Below, one piece after another: positions 11,397 through 22,187 of a DNA stretch of 64,000 nucleotides. The position numbers and the translations under genes are program-made. A model generated the notes under the pieces. That model did not search any database and was not told the DNA's origin. It worked only from the letters and a program-made list of their open reading frames with translations. The stretch spans positions 276,345 through 340,344 of the IMG/VR virus record IMGVR_UViG_3300050120_000152, one strand, 5' to 3'. Positions within the stretch are counted from its first letter, which is position 1, and every line of letters starts with the position of its first letter.

Positions 11397-13541
11397 TTAT
11401 CCTCTCACATGATCAAAGACTGTTAACGCTACCGGGTCAATAGATGGTATATGGAATGGAATTACACATTCCATATTAACTTGTAATCCAGTAGTTATTA
11501 ATGGTAATACAACTTCGAATGACGATGGTAAAGTAATATGTATATTTGCTAATGCTCCCAATGTTTGAATAGCATTTTCTGCATAGCTAACATAACCTTC
11601 GATTTCAGAAAGAATAGTAGATGATGGTATATTAAGTTCAGATAACACACCTATTGCCGTACTGATTGTACTTAATGCAGTATTGGCATAATAAGACAAT
11701 GTATCTAACTGTAACCCATTTTCATTAAGTTTACCCAAAATACTACCTGCCCCACCCAATGTAGGCAATGACATATTTAATGATGTAGATATCATATGTA
11801 TGTCATTAGTAGCTTGTAGCATTAATCCACCAGCGCTAAATGATAATGATGGTGCTAATGGATTACATGATATTGCGGATAATAAATTATTATCTCCCAT
11901 AACCATATCGAATGATTCTCTGTTTTTAGCTACTGAAAATAAGTTACTTCCCGGATCAGTAGGTGAGTTACTTGCTAATGTAGTATTTCCACCAGATTGT
12001 ACGTCAAATGTTCCAGTGGTAGAAATGGTTACCGCAATATCAGTTACACCTATCTGACTATTGGGCGATTTTATAATAACTTGTCCAGTTTCCGAATTAC
12101 CGCCCACTGATTGTATGATAACATCACCACCCATAGATTTTAATACAAGATTTTCCCATGATGCTATATTCATGGTTCCTTCATAAGAATATATATTAAC
12201 GTCAGATTTAGATGCCAACCAATATTCATCAATAGCAAACATGTTGGCTTTACCACTAGCAGACATGTTATAATCTCCGGTTACTGATAAATTATAATGT
12301 CCATCATTTGTAATTATATCTATATCATTTTTAACTTGTGTGGAAAAATCACTTCCTACAGTTAAACAATAATTTCCACCTATTTCTGACATAGCATCAC
12401 TCAAGCTCATTTGACGATATATCGTAGACAACAAATGTAAGTCATTTTGTGCTTGAATTCTGACTTGACCAGATAATGGTGCTTCGGACATTTTTTCTAA
12501 ACCATTATCAGTACCGGCGTAGATATACACGCCTTCTTTACCCTGAATTCGAACTGATCCACCAGCATTTATATTAACATCCATATCAGAACTTAAAGAT
12601 ATTCTTCGGCTAGAGTATACGTCTACATTACCCGCAGAATCCATTTCCATCCATGCATTACCCGTATTGGTTTTTACATAAATTCTATCATTAGTATCAT
12701 CCATCAATATCATATGACCAGATGCAGAACGTAATTTAGTTCTACTATTAAAAATTCTATCATCCAAGGTAATAGAAGCAAATCCCGGCGAAGTCAATGC
12801 AATAACTTTAGATGCTTTGAACGATAATCCACCAAATCCACTCCAATCATACCCATTTGATCCAACGATATCTTGATTGAATCCAAATTGTTGGGATTTG
12901 GCGATATCTTCTTGCATTTGATCTAAATATGACCCTTTATCGGGTGTTGGTGGTTGATTAAGTGAACCATCTACTGCAGCAATAGAATAGTCTGCTATTC
13001 TAGCTTGCCATTCAGGTGAATTATTATTACCACCAAATGAGGCTTTAGCATTGTCATATGCTGGCTGAATAGGTTTTCCCGCTGATGATAATGGGCCATC
13101 GGCAGACCCACCAGATGACCATTTAAACCGACCATTACCTAAAGTGTGGGTTTCTTGTTGATCATACATAGTACCAATCCAGTAGCGCCGACGAAGATCG
13201 CCGTCAATACATCCTACTAATACATTAGCCCCTACTTCGGGGATAGCCCAGAATCCATAACTTACAGCACCAGTCGTAGTTTGACCATTACGCTCAAATG
13301 ATGAGTTAGCAATAGTACCACCAAAGGGTGAGATATAAACTGCCCAAGGCAATTGTAATATTTTAGATGGATCATCGCCATGAGACGGACAAAATACTCT
13401 TAATCGACCTTGTTGTAAAGGATCATCCGTATCAACAACAATACCAGCGGTTAATGAAGTAGTAACATGAAAATAATCACCTTTATTATCGGTAGAATAT
13501 CTTTTGTCTAAAATATCTAATAGTTCATCTTGGTTAATCAT
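11397..13541 (-). CDS. Baseplate hub/spike protein, gp5/VgrG-like (OB-fold plus beta-helix)
   Basis: GIVVDTDDPLQQGRLRVFCP, SYGFWAIPEVGANVLV and RSASGHMILMDD motifs. No lysozyme domain seen. Confidence 0.85.
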   Translation of the reverse strand: MINQDELLDILDKRYSTDNKGDYFHVTTSLTAGIVVDTDDPLQQGRLRVFCPSHGDDPSKILQLPWAVYISPFGGTIANSSFERNGQTTTGAVSYGFWAIPEVGANVLVGCIDGDLRRRYWIGTMYDQQETHTLGNGRFKWSSGGSADGPLSSAGKPIQPAYDNAKASFGGNNNSPEWQARIADYSIAAVDGSLNQPPTPDKGSYLDQMQEDIAKSQQFGFNQDIVGSNGYDWSGFGGLSFKASKVIALTSPGFASITLDDRIFNSRTKLRSASGHMILMDDTNDRIYVKTNTGNAWMEMDSAGNVDVYSSRRISLSSDMDVNINAGGSVRIQGKEGVYIYAGTDNGLEKMSEAPLSGQVRIQAQNDLHLLSTIYRQMSLSDAMSEIGGNYCLTVGSDFSTQVKNDIDIITNDGHYNLSVTGDYNMSASGKANMFAIDEYWLASKSDVNIYSYEGTMNIASWENLVLKSMGGDVIIQSVGGNSETGQVIIKSPNSQIGVTDIAVTISTTGTFDVQSGGNTTLASNSPTDPGSNLFSVAKNRESFDMVMGDNNLLSAISCNPLAPSLSFSAGGLMLQATNDIHMISTSLNMSLPTLGGAGSILGKLNENGLQLDTLSYYANTALSTISTAIGVLSELNIPSSTILSEIEGYVSYAENAIQTLGALANIHITLPSSFEVVLPLITTGLQVNMECVIPFHIPSIDPVALTVFDHVRG

Positions 13542-15979
13542 GTTTTATCATCCGTGCGATATAATTGTAGAGATTGTGTAAAAAACGATCCAGTAATAAC
13601 CGATTTTATTACTCCAAGATGATAATATCCTGTATAATAATATTGTAGCGGCATATCTTTTGGTATAGTCAGGCCAATGCTATTAGATGGTTTAATATAT
13701 ACATCCAATTTTGCATACATTGGATAATATTCAGGGAATTTATAAAAATTTGGTGAGTCTGCATCTTCAGCAGATACCTTTATCGGATTTCTAAATAAAT
13801 CTGATAATAAATTAGGATTTCCTATAATAGTAATATATAATTTTGATGTTTGTGTTAAGTTTGTTTTCACTAAATTATCTATTGATATTGGGCCATTAGG
13901 GCGCTCTAATCCAAAGTTTTTAGGATTAGCCATCCCTCTAACACCCGAATAAGCCGTATTAAAAAATCCTATATCAGGATTACGTTCTAACATGATCTGC
14001 TCTCTATTACCATAGATTGATAGATTATTGGTACTATTATTAGGTTGACTCATAATACCTAAATCAGTATCCGAAAATAATGACATTGATAATTTTATGA
14101 TATCTCTATCTCTACCATTTTTTTGGTAAGTAAATTCTAATGGTTTAAAAAACCCCTCCCCAGTTCCCGGCCCAGAATCAGTAGTAGTGCTATTTAATGG
14201 TACAACATATTGTTTAATCGTTATATTAAATTCATATTTCGTGTCACACGTTTTGACGCATGAAATATTACATTTATAGCTTTTTTGTAAGGATGAGGCA
14301 GAGATAGCATCATTACCCACTTGATTTGATAATTTCATTAAGTTATTAACTACTTTGGTAAGCATCTTACCGGGCTTAACTTGATATACCTTTATCCCTG
14401 ATGATGTTTGAGATTGGTCAGGTTGTTCAAATGGCATATTTCTATTATCTATAATATAGTCATTATAGATAGGGTCTAGATTTATATTATAATCTATAGG
14501 TAATATTCCATCAGATTTTTTTTGGTCATTGGGGATAAGCGAATCAACATAATTATTATTTATAGATGCTAACCATTGTGATAATGTCGATGGTGGTGGT
14601 GATTTTAGAGCTTTCAGCGCTGCCTCAAGACCATTCATAACATCTTGAATAGTTTTCATTGTTTTATCACTATTTAATCTGCGGCTTCTATACCCATTTA
14701 ACGCATCGTTTTTAGCCTTTATATCAATGTTTTGGTTTGATCCATGATCTAAATTATTTTGTACTGGTGCTGGTTGATTCCCGGTAGGTGGTGGCAGACC
14801 ACCGAATATAGCAGCTTCAGCAGCGCGACGATTTACTAAGCTTTGATTTACCTTACCTCCAGAATATACATAATCATTAAATGCTTGTTGTGCACCATTA
14901 TAATCACCTGAATTGAGTTTTGCTAATAATCCTTTATATCCATTAGCACCTACGTTATAAGTTAAACTTACTAAGGCATCATATTTACCTTGGTCTAATA
15001 ATACAGTAACCTTGGTACGTACAGCAGCTTGCGCCCATTGTAAATCTTCCAATAAAAATGCATCTGCTTGTGATTGATTAATCACATCACCCTCATGTAC
15101 ACCTTTTCGGTGACCATAACCAATAGCCCATGCATTTACATCCCAATAAGCCGTTAATCGTAATCCTTCAAATTGTTTTATTAAATTTAAACCGGCATCA
15201 CTTATCGAGAACGATGATGCTGGTTGACCATTATTAATAGTTACCGTTGGTGTAGGTGTTAATCCCGGTACTGGAGTTGGAGTTATAGTAACCGTAGGGG
15301 TAACGGTAATAGTTGCTGTTGGAGTAACGGTAGGTGTGGTTACATATGATTGGGCGCTTGCAATGTTAGCAGAGGTATTACTATCTTGATGAGTAATAGT
15401 CATCTGAAACATTTTTGAATAATTTGGTAATAATGAAAATGTATTATAATCTGCAACATATAACATTGTATAAAAATTATTAATAGTATCGACATCATTA
15501 TATGAATGTGTAAGATTATACATATGAAAAATTAGAGGTTTGATCGGTATAATTTCAGTTTTATCGTCATATGTAGTGCCAATGATATATGTTTTTAATG
15601 CAAATATAATATGTGTTTCTGATATATTTAATTTTGATGCGACCTGATCACGTAAAAAATTTTGAAAATATCCACCTACCGAATCGGTAATAGTTAATGC
15701 TCCCGTCATAGATGATGTTGATAAATCAAAAAATGAATGAAAGGAAAATTCATTTTCATGCGAATATATGATGAATGAATTATCGACAAACTCATTTACT
15801 ACTACTATACCGGGTTGACCGCACCCAGTACCCACAAATTCTGTACCAGCTTTACCAATAGTATAATCTATTGTACTATTAACCGCATCAGAGGTAGTGG
15901 TAAATGCGACCAAAATATTTTTGATCACATAACTTCTATATTTCATTAACGGATTTTGTGTATCTGACGTATTAGGCAT
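13538..15979 (-). CDS. Putative baseplate hub protein with inserted GH24 lysozyme domain
   Basis: ISDAGLNLIKQFEGLRLTAYWD..WAIGYGH..DALVSLTYNVG..LVNRRAAE (GH24) after a Thr/Pro linker. C-terminal TIIGNP motif. Located between gp53-like and gp5-like genes. Confidence 0.75.
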   Translation of the reverse strand: MPNTSDTQNPLMKYRSYVIKNILVAFTTTSDAVNSTIDYTIGKAGTEFVGTGCGQPGIVVVNEFVDNSFIIYSHENEFSFHSFFDLSTSSMTGALTITDSVGGYFQNFLRDQVASKLNISETHIIFALKTYIIGTTYDDKTEIIPIKPLIFHMYNLTHSYNDVDTINNFYTMLYVADYNTFSLLPNYSKMFQMTITHQDSNTSANIASAQSYVTTPTVTPTATITVTPTVTITPTPVPGLTPTPTVTINNGQPASSFSISDAGLNLIKQFEGLRLTAYWDVNAWAIGYGHRKGVHEGDVINQSQADAFLLEDLQWAQAAVRTKVTVLLDQGKYDALVSLTYNVGANGYKGLLAKLNSGDYNGAQQAFNDYVYSGGKVNQSLVNRRAAEAAIFGGLPPPTGNQPAPVQNNLDHGSNQNIDIKAKNDALNGYRSRRLNSDKTMKTIQDVMNGLEAALKALKSPPPSTLSQWLASINNNYVDSLIPNDQKKSDGILPIDYNINLDPIYNDYIIDNRNMPFEQPDQSQTSSGIKVYQVKPGKMLTKVVNNLMKLSNQVGNDAISASSLQKSYKCNISCVKTCDTKYEFNITIKQYVVPLNSTTTDSGPGTGEGFFKPLEFTYQKNGRDRDIIKLSMSLFSDTDLGIMSQPNNSTNNLSIYGNREQIMLERNPDIGFFNTAYSGVRGMANPKNFGLERPNGPISIDNLVKTNLTQTSKLYITIIGNPNLLSDLFRNPIKVSAEDADSPNFYKFPEYYPMYAKLDVYIKPSNSIGLTIPKDMPLQYYYTGYYHLGVIKSVITGSFFTQSLQLYRTDDKT

Positions 15980-15981
15980 TA

Positions 15982-16317
15982 TTAATCGCTGGTCAAGTTA
16001 TATAGGGTACGCGCATAAGATGGTAATATAAGAACGCTACCTACAGTAAGCTCTTCATTGATATCTACAATATTATTATATTGTAATACCAGCCATTGAA
16101 AATCATCTCTACCATATAATTTATATGAAATTTTGTCGGCTCGGAATGCATAATCTGATGTTATAGTAAATTTTACATCGGTAATATTATCAGTAGGGAA
16201 CGTAGCTTTATCCCAATATCCTAAGAATTGCCCTGATATTTCTGTAGTACCGCCACGAACCATTCTACAGTTTTTATTATTTAAAGAACTTTTATTTTGA
16301 TAGAGTTTAAATGCCAT
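15982..16317 (-). CDS. Baseplate wedge subunit, gp53/LysM-like
   Basis: RADKISYKLYGRDDFQWLVLQYNNI..LTVGSVLILP. Confidence 0.8.
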   Translation of the reverse strand: MAFKLYQNKSSLNNKNCRMVRGGTTEISGQFLGYWDKATFPTDNITDVKFTITSDYAFRADKISYKLYGRDDFQWLVLQYNNIVDINEELTVGSVLILPSYARTLYNLTSD

Positions 16318-16323
16318 AATTAA

Positions 16324-17181
16324 TTACCATTGGGTCAAATTACCTTTTTTATAGTCAGCATATATAAATGATCCAAGATCATCACTGCTTCTTACTTCTT
16401 TAAGGACTATAGATACATTTTGTATAATAGGTACCCATATAGCTACTCCATTAATATCTTTAGTGTTTATATAATCTATTTCTGATGAATACTCAACATT
16501 AAGAGATTGAATCATTACTGGAATACCTCGTATTACATTACCATAAGCAAACAATCTAAGAGTTTCAGGTTCGGCGCCACCAAGACCTTCGCCTTTCCCT
16601 AATACTGGCATTCTCCATGCCTTCAATGTATTTAAATATGTATTATTGGCCGTGGCTTCTTGCGCTGTTCTAGATATAAACTTAGCATTAATACTAAATG
16701 CCCTAGATGGGCTACCCATATAAAATACGATAGATGCTGCTGCGCGAATATCACCAATATCTACTAATATTACAGTGCCTGCTTCTGACATATCTGGTGT
16801 AGCGTTAAATATTACTGACGAAAATAATGATGTACCCGTTTTACTATCATTTAATGATGATACTGTATCAGTATGACCAAACGCATCACCCGATAATCCT
16901 ATAGTACCCGTGCCAGTTCTACCCACTAATACTACTTTTTGGACAGCATTAGGGTCAACTGACGATAATGCTGATACTCGTGAAACATAATCTTTCGCGC
17001 TATCTGATATAGAATTTGCCTCTTGTTGGGGAGTAGACCCATTAAATGCGGTTCTAAGTTGTTGCGCCTGTGCTGCAGCTGTTTGTACCCCTACCCCTGC
17101 AGCAGCAACATTCACATTAGGCGTATTCGGGGATACCACTGGCTGAACAGCTGGTGTGGTGTGATCTATTGTTTGCGTCAA
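16324..17181 (-). CDS. Putative tail-tube initiator/baseplate protein
   Basis: Position in the baseplate operon. YMGSPSRAFSINAKF and PVMIQSLNVEY resemble tube-fold proteins. Confidence 0.5.
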   Translation of the reverse strand: MTQTIDHTTPAVQPVVSPNTPNVNVAAAGVGVQTAAAQAQQLRTAFNGSTPQQEANSISDSAKDYVSRVSALSSVDPNAVQKVVLVGRTGTGTIGLSGDAFGHTDTVSSLNDSKTGTSLFSSVIFNATPDMSEAGTVILVDIGDIRAAASIVFYMGSPSRAFSINAKFISRTAQEATANNTYLNTLKAWRMPVLGKGEGLGGAEPETLRLFAYGNVIRGIPVMIQSLNVEYSSEIDYINTKDINGVAIWVPIIQNVSIVLKEVRSSDDLGSFIYADYKKGNLTQW

Positions 17182-17294
17182 AGTTCTTTCCTCATTATAC
17201 TAATTCATATATTACCAATATTTATATCGTTTATAGATACAATTTTCTTGCATGTTTTAGAAATATAAATAGTTTAACAAATGAGATATACCAT

Positions 17295-18140
17295 ATGACA
17301 TCAGAAGTCGATCTACAACATAATCCACTTATTCATAAAATGATTAAATCCAATGCTATTCCCGGCACTGTGTTTAGATTACCATCTAAAGGTATCCCTT
17401 ATACTAATGGAGAGTTGGCTGATGAAGTGTTAGGTGGTGAAATTTTGATTTATCCTATGTCAACATTAGATGAAATATATTTAAAATCTCCTGATATGCT
17501 TTTCCAAGGTACTGCAGTTGAAAAAACTCTAGTTAGATGTTGCCCACAGATTATTAAACCTTTAGAGCTATTGGCTAAGGATGTAGATTATATCCTTACT
17601 TGTATGAGACAAGTATCTTATGGAAATATTTTAACTGTTCCATACGAATGTAATTGTCCAAAAGCTAAACCAATTGACCTACAAGTCCCTGTATCAGACT
17701 TTTTATCTAAAACTAAGACCATATCCGAAAAATCTTTAAAACAGCTTACCTTCACTCTTGATAGTTTTTTGATAAAGACTAAGTATGTGCGATTCGGACA
17801 AATGATTAAATTAAATCAAGAAAATCTTACTGAGGGTGATGAAGATACTCCAGATAATATTTTTGATACGTTTATTAAAAATCTAGCAGCAAATATCGAA
17901 TCCATTGATGCTATAGAAGATAATAATATTATTGTAGATTTCTTGAAAGCCCAGCAACGGTCTTTCCAAATGTCTCTTCTTAAGAATATTCAAGATATCA
18001 ATAATTGGGGGGTAAATTTTGAATATAAATTTACCTGTAAATATTGTGATAAAGTTAAAACGACCGCGATTGCATTGAATCCTGTAAGTTTTTTTACGGA
18101 ACCCTCAAATCAGGAACCGGAGAGCAAAAGCGACGATTAA
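17295..18140 (+). CDS. Baseplate hub assembly chaperone, T4 gp26-like
   Basis: FRLPSKG..YPMSTLDEIYLKSPDML, CxC and CxxC motifs. Start reassigned to ATG 17295, downstream of TATAAATA (17264-17271). Confidence 0.8.
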   Translation: MTSEVDLQHNPLIHKMIKSNAIPGTVFRLPSKGIPYTNGELADEVLGGEILIYPMSTLDEIYLKSPDMLFQGTAVEKTLVRCCPQIIKPLELLAKDVDYILTCMRQVSYGNILTVPYECNCPKAKPIDLQVPVSDFLSKTKTISEKSLKQLTFTLDSFLIKTKYVRFGQMIKLNQENLTEGDEDTPDNIFDTFIKNLAANIESIDAIEDNNIIVDFLKAQQRSFQMSLLKNIQDINNWGVNFEYKFTCKYCDKVKTTAIALNPVSFFTEPSNQEPESKSDD

Positions 18141-18331
18141 AAAATGATCTTGAGGGTCAAAGTAGAAAATTATATAAATCAGGTGTAGAAATAATGTACT
18201 TTATGCGTGGCGCACTTAGTCGTGAAAGCATGTTGGATTTAACTTCATGGGAAAAAGATATATTGTCCGAATTCCTTAATGAGCGCATAGAAATTGAGAT
18301 GCAAAAAAAGAATACCCCACCAATTTATTAA
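18095..18331 (+). CDS. gp51-like/tail-chaperone C-terminal segment (-1 frame extension of gp26, or own ATG at 18194)
   Basis: Frame open from the T-run at 18089-18095 to TAA 18329-18331. Encodes ...MYFMRGALSRESMLDLTSWEKDILSEFLNERIE. Confidence 0.65.
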   Translation, partial: YGTLKSGTGEQKRRLKNDLEGQSRKLYKSGVEIMYFMRGALSRESMLDLTSWEKDILSEFLNERIEIEMQKKNTPPIY

Positions 18332-18332
18332 T

Positions 18333-19028
18333 ATGAATATAGTAGCTATTGATCCATCCCTAACCTGTTCAGCCTTAGTTGTAAATGATAAAAAATTTAT
18401 TTACGCTAAAGAAGATTTGGGAATATCTGAAAAAACACAAAAAATTAAGAAATGGTTTGAGTTATGTGCACCATTCATTACCTATCGTTGGATAAATTAT
18501 ACAAAAAATATTATTCATTCAGAATCTGAAATATCTAAGTTAATGGAATATGATGTTATTACGGATAACATCATAAAAGATATATTATCTAATATTAACA
18601 AAGATGAAAAGACGATCATCGGAATTGAAGGATATAGTTATTCATCTGCAGCAGGCCCATTAATTGATTTAGTTACTTTTAGTACATTATTACGAAATAA
18701 ATTATATAAACAAGTATCAACAAATATAAAAGTATTTCAGCCAGCATCATTAAAATTGGAGGCGGCAAAACTAACTTATCCAGTAATAAGAAAGGGTGTG
18801 AAAGTCATAAAATTAGAATATAGAAATAATCAAGGTGTTTCTGGTGGTAAATTTAAAAAACCGGAAATGTTAATGGCATTGACTGATAATACTACTTTAA
18901 TATGTCCATGGGTTGAGTTTTTAAGAGTTCATCAACAACTCATTATGGAACTGAATACGGTTCCTAAACCAATGGAAGATGTTAATGATGCCAAATTACT
19001 ATATGAAATCCTAAAGAACCATAAATAA
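18333..19028 (+). CDS. RuvC-like Holliday junction resolvase
   Basis: MNIVAIDPSLTCS, IEGYSY and DVNDA acidic RNase H-fold motifs. Confidence 0.75.
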   Translation: MNIVAIDPSLTCSALVVNDKKFIYAKEDLGISEKTQKIKKWFELCAPFITYRWINYTKNIIHSESEISKLMEYDVITDNIIKDILSNINKDEKTIIGIEGYSYSSAAGPLIDLVTFSTLLRNKLYKQVSTNIKVFQPASLKLEAAKLTYPVIRKGVKVIKLEYRNNQGVSGGKFKKPEMLMALTDNTTLICPWVEFLRVHQQLIMELNTVPKPMEDVNDAKLLYEILKNHK

Positions 19029-19049
19029 TTACAATAAGAATCATATAAA

Positions 19050-20237
19050 ATGGCTACTTCTCAACAAATCTATAGTGAAATAAATTCAGCAATCAATCCT
19101 GAAAATTCTTCAAAGCGTCCTACTATGGCATGGATTGCTGGTACATTTAAGAAAGCCTATGATTTTGGTAGAATACAACGCGCTGTTGATGAACATTCTA
19201 AAGAACTTGATACAAAGACATTAGAAAATTTTATAAACACCTTAAAATTTAGAGATATTGCTGTAAAGAATGGTTTAATGACTAAAACTGATGAAGGTAA
19301 GTATGTAACCTCGGAAAGAGGAAATCGATTCATTCAGGATTTATCCAAAAATATTAAACAATGGGAGTCGATTAATGATCTTTCATTTAAACAGTTACGT
19401 GGTGAAGTTCAATCTGCAAAAGGTGAAGTAGATCAAGAATGGTATAATAACCTCCCTCCCGTTGAACAGCATGTCATTGACATTTATTCCAGATTGACTC
19501 CAAAAGAGTTTCATTTGTTGACTGGTCTTAAAAATGATCGAGATAACAAACAAAAATATGTTAATCGTATAGAAACTCTTGAAGATAGTGATCCAGAATC
19601 TTATGCTATTTTACGAGATGCCGGAATTATTAACAATAAAAATCAAATAAACAATACTTTACTATCAACATTCTTTGCTACATTGGCTAAGTATGATTAT
19701 CGTCATCTTCGTTCATTCAATCGTAGTATATCAAGTAAATCTGATAGAATAGCTGCCGACAAAGGATTGGCACAAAATTATTTGAATCGTTCATTAGATA
19801 AAAATTCTCCACGTAACTCTGATATTGGTGTTAGAGCTAGGGAGTTCATTGAAGATAGTAATGGATGCACTAAAAGTTGGATTGAGGCCATGGCAAAAGG
19901 GCCGGGTCAAGGTGTAAGATGTTCACAAGTGGATTTTGATGATTTGAGATTACAAGGTATAGTTACTACAGCGGCATCACGAGAATTAACTACTTTTGGT
20001 AAGCTTGTAGCTTCATTAATCAAAACGGGTAGGGGCATGAATTCGTTTGATGAAAAAGAACCGTTGAATTCTAGAATGCCAACTGGTGCTGTAGCTGATA
20101 ATGATCGCCAGCGTCAACGATCTAAAATACTCGGTGGACGTAAGGCTGCATTTAATGATAGAATGCATCGAACAAAAACAGAAGAATCTAAAAACCTTTC
20201 ATTCAAGAAGTATCTCATCGAGCAGCAAGCTTCTTAA
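19050..20237 (+). CDS. Hypothetical late protein, possible head-internal protein
   Basis: ATAAATA upstream. C-terminal SFKKYLIE resembles T4-type prohead-protease/capsid-targeting motifs. Confidence 0.55.
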   Translation: MATSQQIYSEINSAINPENSSKRPTMAWIAGTFKKAYDFGRIQRAVDEHSKELDTKTLENFINTLKFRDIAVKNGLMTKTDEGKYVTSERGNRFIQDLSKNIKQWESINDLSFKQLRGEVQSAKGEVDQEWYNNLPPVEQHVIDIYSRLTPKEFHLLTGLKNDRDNKQKYVNRIETLEDSDPESYAILRDAGIINNKNQINNTLLSTFFATLAKYDYRHLRSFNRSISSKSDRIAADKGLAQNYLNRSLDKNSPRNSDIGVRAREFIEDSNGCTKSWIEAMAKGPGQGVRCSQVDFDDLRLQGIVTTAASRELTTFGKLVASLIKTGRGMNSFDEKEPLNSRMPTGAVADNDRQRQRSKILGGRKAAFNDRMHRTKTEESKNLSFKKYLIEQQAS

Positions 20238-20280
20238 TTTCTTTTTGTTTTATTAAAAAAGGCATAATTAAATAATGTTA

Positions 20281-20323
20281 AATGCACTTGACAGAATTAA
20301 TTAATTCATATATAATGCACTTG
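20281..20323 (+). promoter_or_regulatory. Consensus sigma70 promoter with palindromic spacer
   Basis: TTGACA(20288-93)-N17-TATAAT(20311-16). Spacer palindrome GAATTAATTAATTC. Direct repeat AATGCACTTG at 20281 and 20314. Confidence 0.7.
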
Positions 20324-20545
20324 CTCTTCCAATAAATGCCTTCTATTAAAAGCCATATAATTTCAAATAGAACTTGTTTCTATTTGATATTTCGTGTAAG
20401 CGAAATATTATTTATTTCTATTTAATATTATACAATTATATTTTAATATTGCGTTTTTTGTTATATGTAACGCATTAACAAACGAATGGCAAATAAATCC
20501 CAGATATGATAGCATGGCAATCCCTAAACTAGGTACTTAATTAGC

Positions 20546-22147
20546 ATGGCAACAGAAATACTAAATTATTGGCCGATGGCTAATTTTTCGCCTAGAGATT
20601 CACAGGTGAAAGTATTGGAATGGATTCAAGCATTACCACCAGAAAAAAAATACATATTATGTGAAATACCTGTGGGTGGTGGTAAATCACCTATTGGTGT
20701 TAATCTATCAGCTTATCTAGCTAATTCATTAGGTAACGCATTTATTCTAACACCACAGAAAATATTGCAGAAGCAATATCAAGACTCATTTCCAGAGAAA
20801 ATGCTTTTTTCTCTATATGGAAAGAGCAACTACAAATGTGCACCAAAAGAAACGAATTGCGATATTGGTTCAGATATCAAACCGAAGTGCGCCAGCTGCC
20901 CGCATAGAAATGCAATGATAACCGCACGCACATCACCTAACATTGTTCTTAATTACACATTAGGTCTTTTGTTATTCATGCTCAGTGCTGAATTAAAATT
21001 AGACAAAAGAAAGCTAATGATTTTAGATGAATGCCATACATTAGAACATCACTTGACAGAATTCAAAGCTCTTCAAATAGGTGAAAAGAGATGCCGTCAG
21101 TTCAAAGTAAAATTTGTATGTCCTACGAATGAATATGAAGCTCTTGATTGGATTGAAACAGTTTATCATCCAGCAGTAGTACATGAATACACCATATTAA
21201 AATCAGTGGTGGAAGCTATCATGTCCCGATATGAAGAAAATGAAACCATGGATAAAGCAGATGCAGATGCTATCAATAAATTAAAAGATATTATCAGTCA
21301 TTTGGATGTGTTAAATGACTATAAAGCATTAGGTATTCAAGAGCTAATGGAAAAATATGCTCTTATCCGTGATAAAACATTTTTTAAATTTAAGCCATTA
21401 TATGGAAAAGAATTATTCGTAAAATACATGAAGCCTATGGCAGAACGATTCTTATTCATGTCATCAACTATTTTAGATAAAGATGCGTATTGTCGTGATT
21501 TAGGTATTCCACCAGAGGAAGCAGCATTCATATCCATTGATTCAGAATTTGATCTAGAAAACAGACCAGTTATTTACAGTCCTACTATGAAAATGACATT
21601 CGGTTGGGATAAAGACGATAAACGTGCAGATAGAAAAAGAATGATTGCCAAAATTATTGAAATATGTAATTCACATAAAGAAGATTCTGGCGTTATTCAT
21701 ACGGGAAGTTTTCAAGTAGCTAAATGGTTAATTAGCGAATTGTCCGGCAAAATCCCACAAAAAATAATGGAACATGGCCCAGATTCCGATTCCACTAGAG
21801 ATGCAGTTATTGATGAATTTCAGAAGAATAATAATGCCGAACCTGCATTATTGATTAGTCCAAGTATTACCGAAGGACTTGACCTAAAAGATGATAAGGG
21901 AAGATTTTCTATTATAGCAAAAGTACCTTATCCTTATCTTGGCGATAATTGGGTAAAGCGTCGCCAAGAACTTTCTAAAGAATGGTATACAAGACAAGCA
22001 ATGATTGGTATAATCCAAGCAACGGGTCGAGTAATTCGTACTAAGACTGATTGGGGATATAATTACATTTTAGATGAATCCTTTGGGATGTTATCTAAAA
22101 TGTATTCAAAGAATATTCCTAAGTGGTTCAAAGATTCGATAATGTAA
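20546..22147 (+). CDS. DinG/XPD-family SF2 helicase
   Basis: PVGGGKS Walker A, DECH, Cys cluster, EGLDL, KVPYP, QATGRVIR and ILDE motifs. Confidence 0.9.
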   Translation: MATEILNYWPMANFSPRDSQVKVLEWIQALPPEKKYILCEIPVGGGKSPIGVNLSAYLANSLGNAFILTPQKILQKQYQDSFPEKMLFSLYGKSNYKCAPKETNCDIGSDIKPKCASCPHRNAMITARTSPNIVLNYTLGLLLFMLSAELKLDKRKLMILDECHTLEHHLTEFKALQIGEKRCRQFKVKFVCPTNEYEALDWIETVYHPAVVHEYTILKSVVEAIMSRYEENETMDKADADAINKLKDIISHLDVLNDYKALGIQELMEKYALIRDKTFFKFKPLYGKELFVKYMKPMAERFLFMSSTILDKDAYCRDLGIPPEEAAFISIDSEFDLENRPVIYSPTMKMTFGWDKDDKRADRKRMIAKIIEICNSHKEDSGVIHTGSFQVAKWLISELSGKIPQKIMEHGPDSDSTRDAVIDEFQKNNNAEPALLISPSITEGLDLKDDKGRFSIIAKVPYPYLGDNWVKRRQELSKEWYTRQAMIGIIQATGRVIRTKTDWGYNYILDESFGMLSKMYSKNIPKWFKDSIM

Positions 22148-22187
22148 ACTCACAGTTACTATAAATAGATTAAATACGAGGTAAACC

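Noticed and set aside
5138-12057. Plus-strand small ORFs (5138, 7117, 9679, 10793, 11800) and similar antisense ORFs elsewhere
   Set aside because: Antisense to long, well-supported genes, with no RBS or recognisable motifs.
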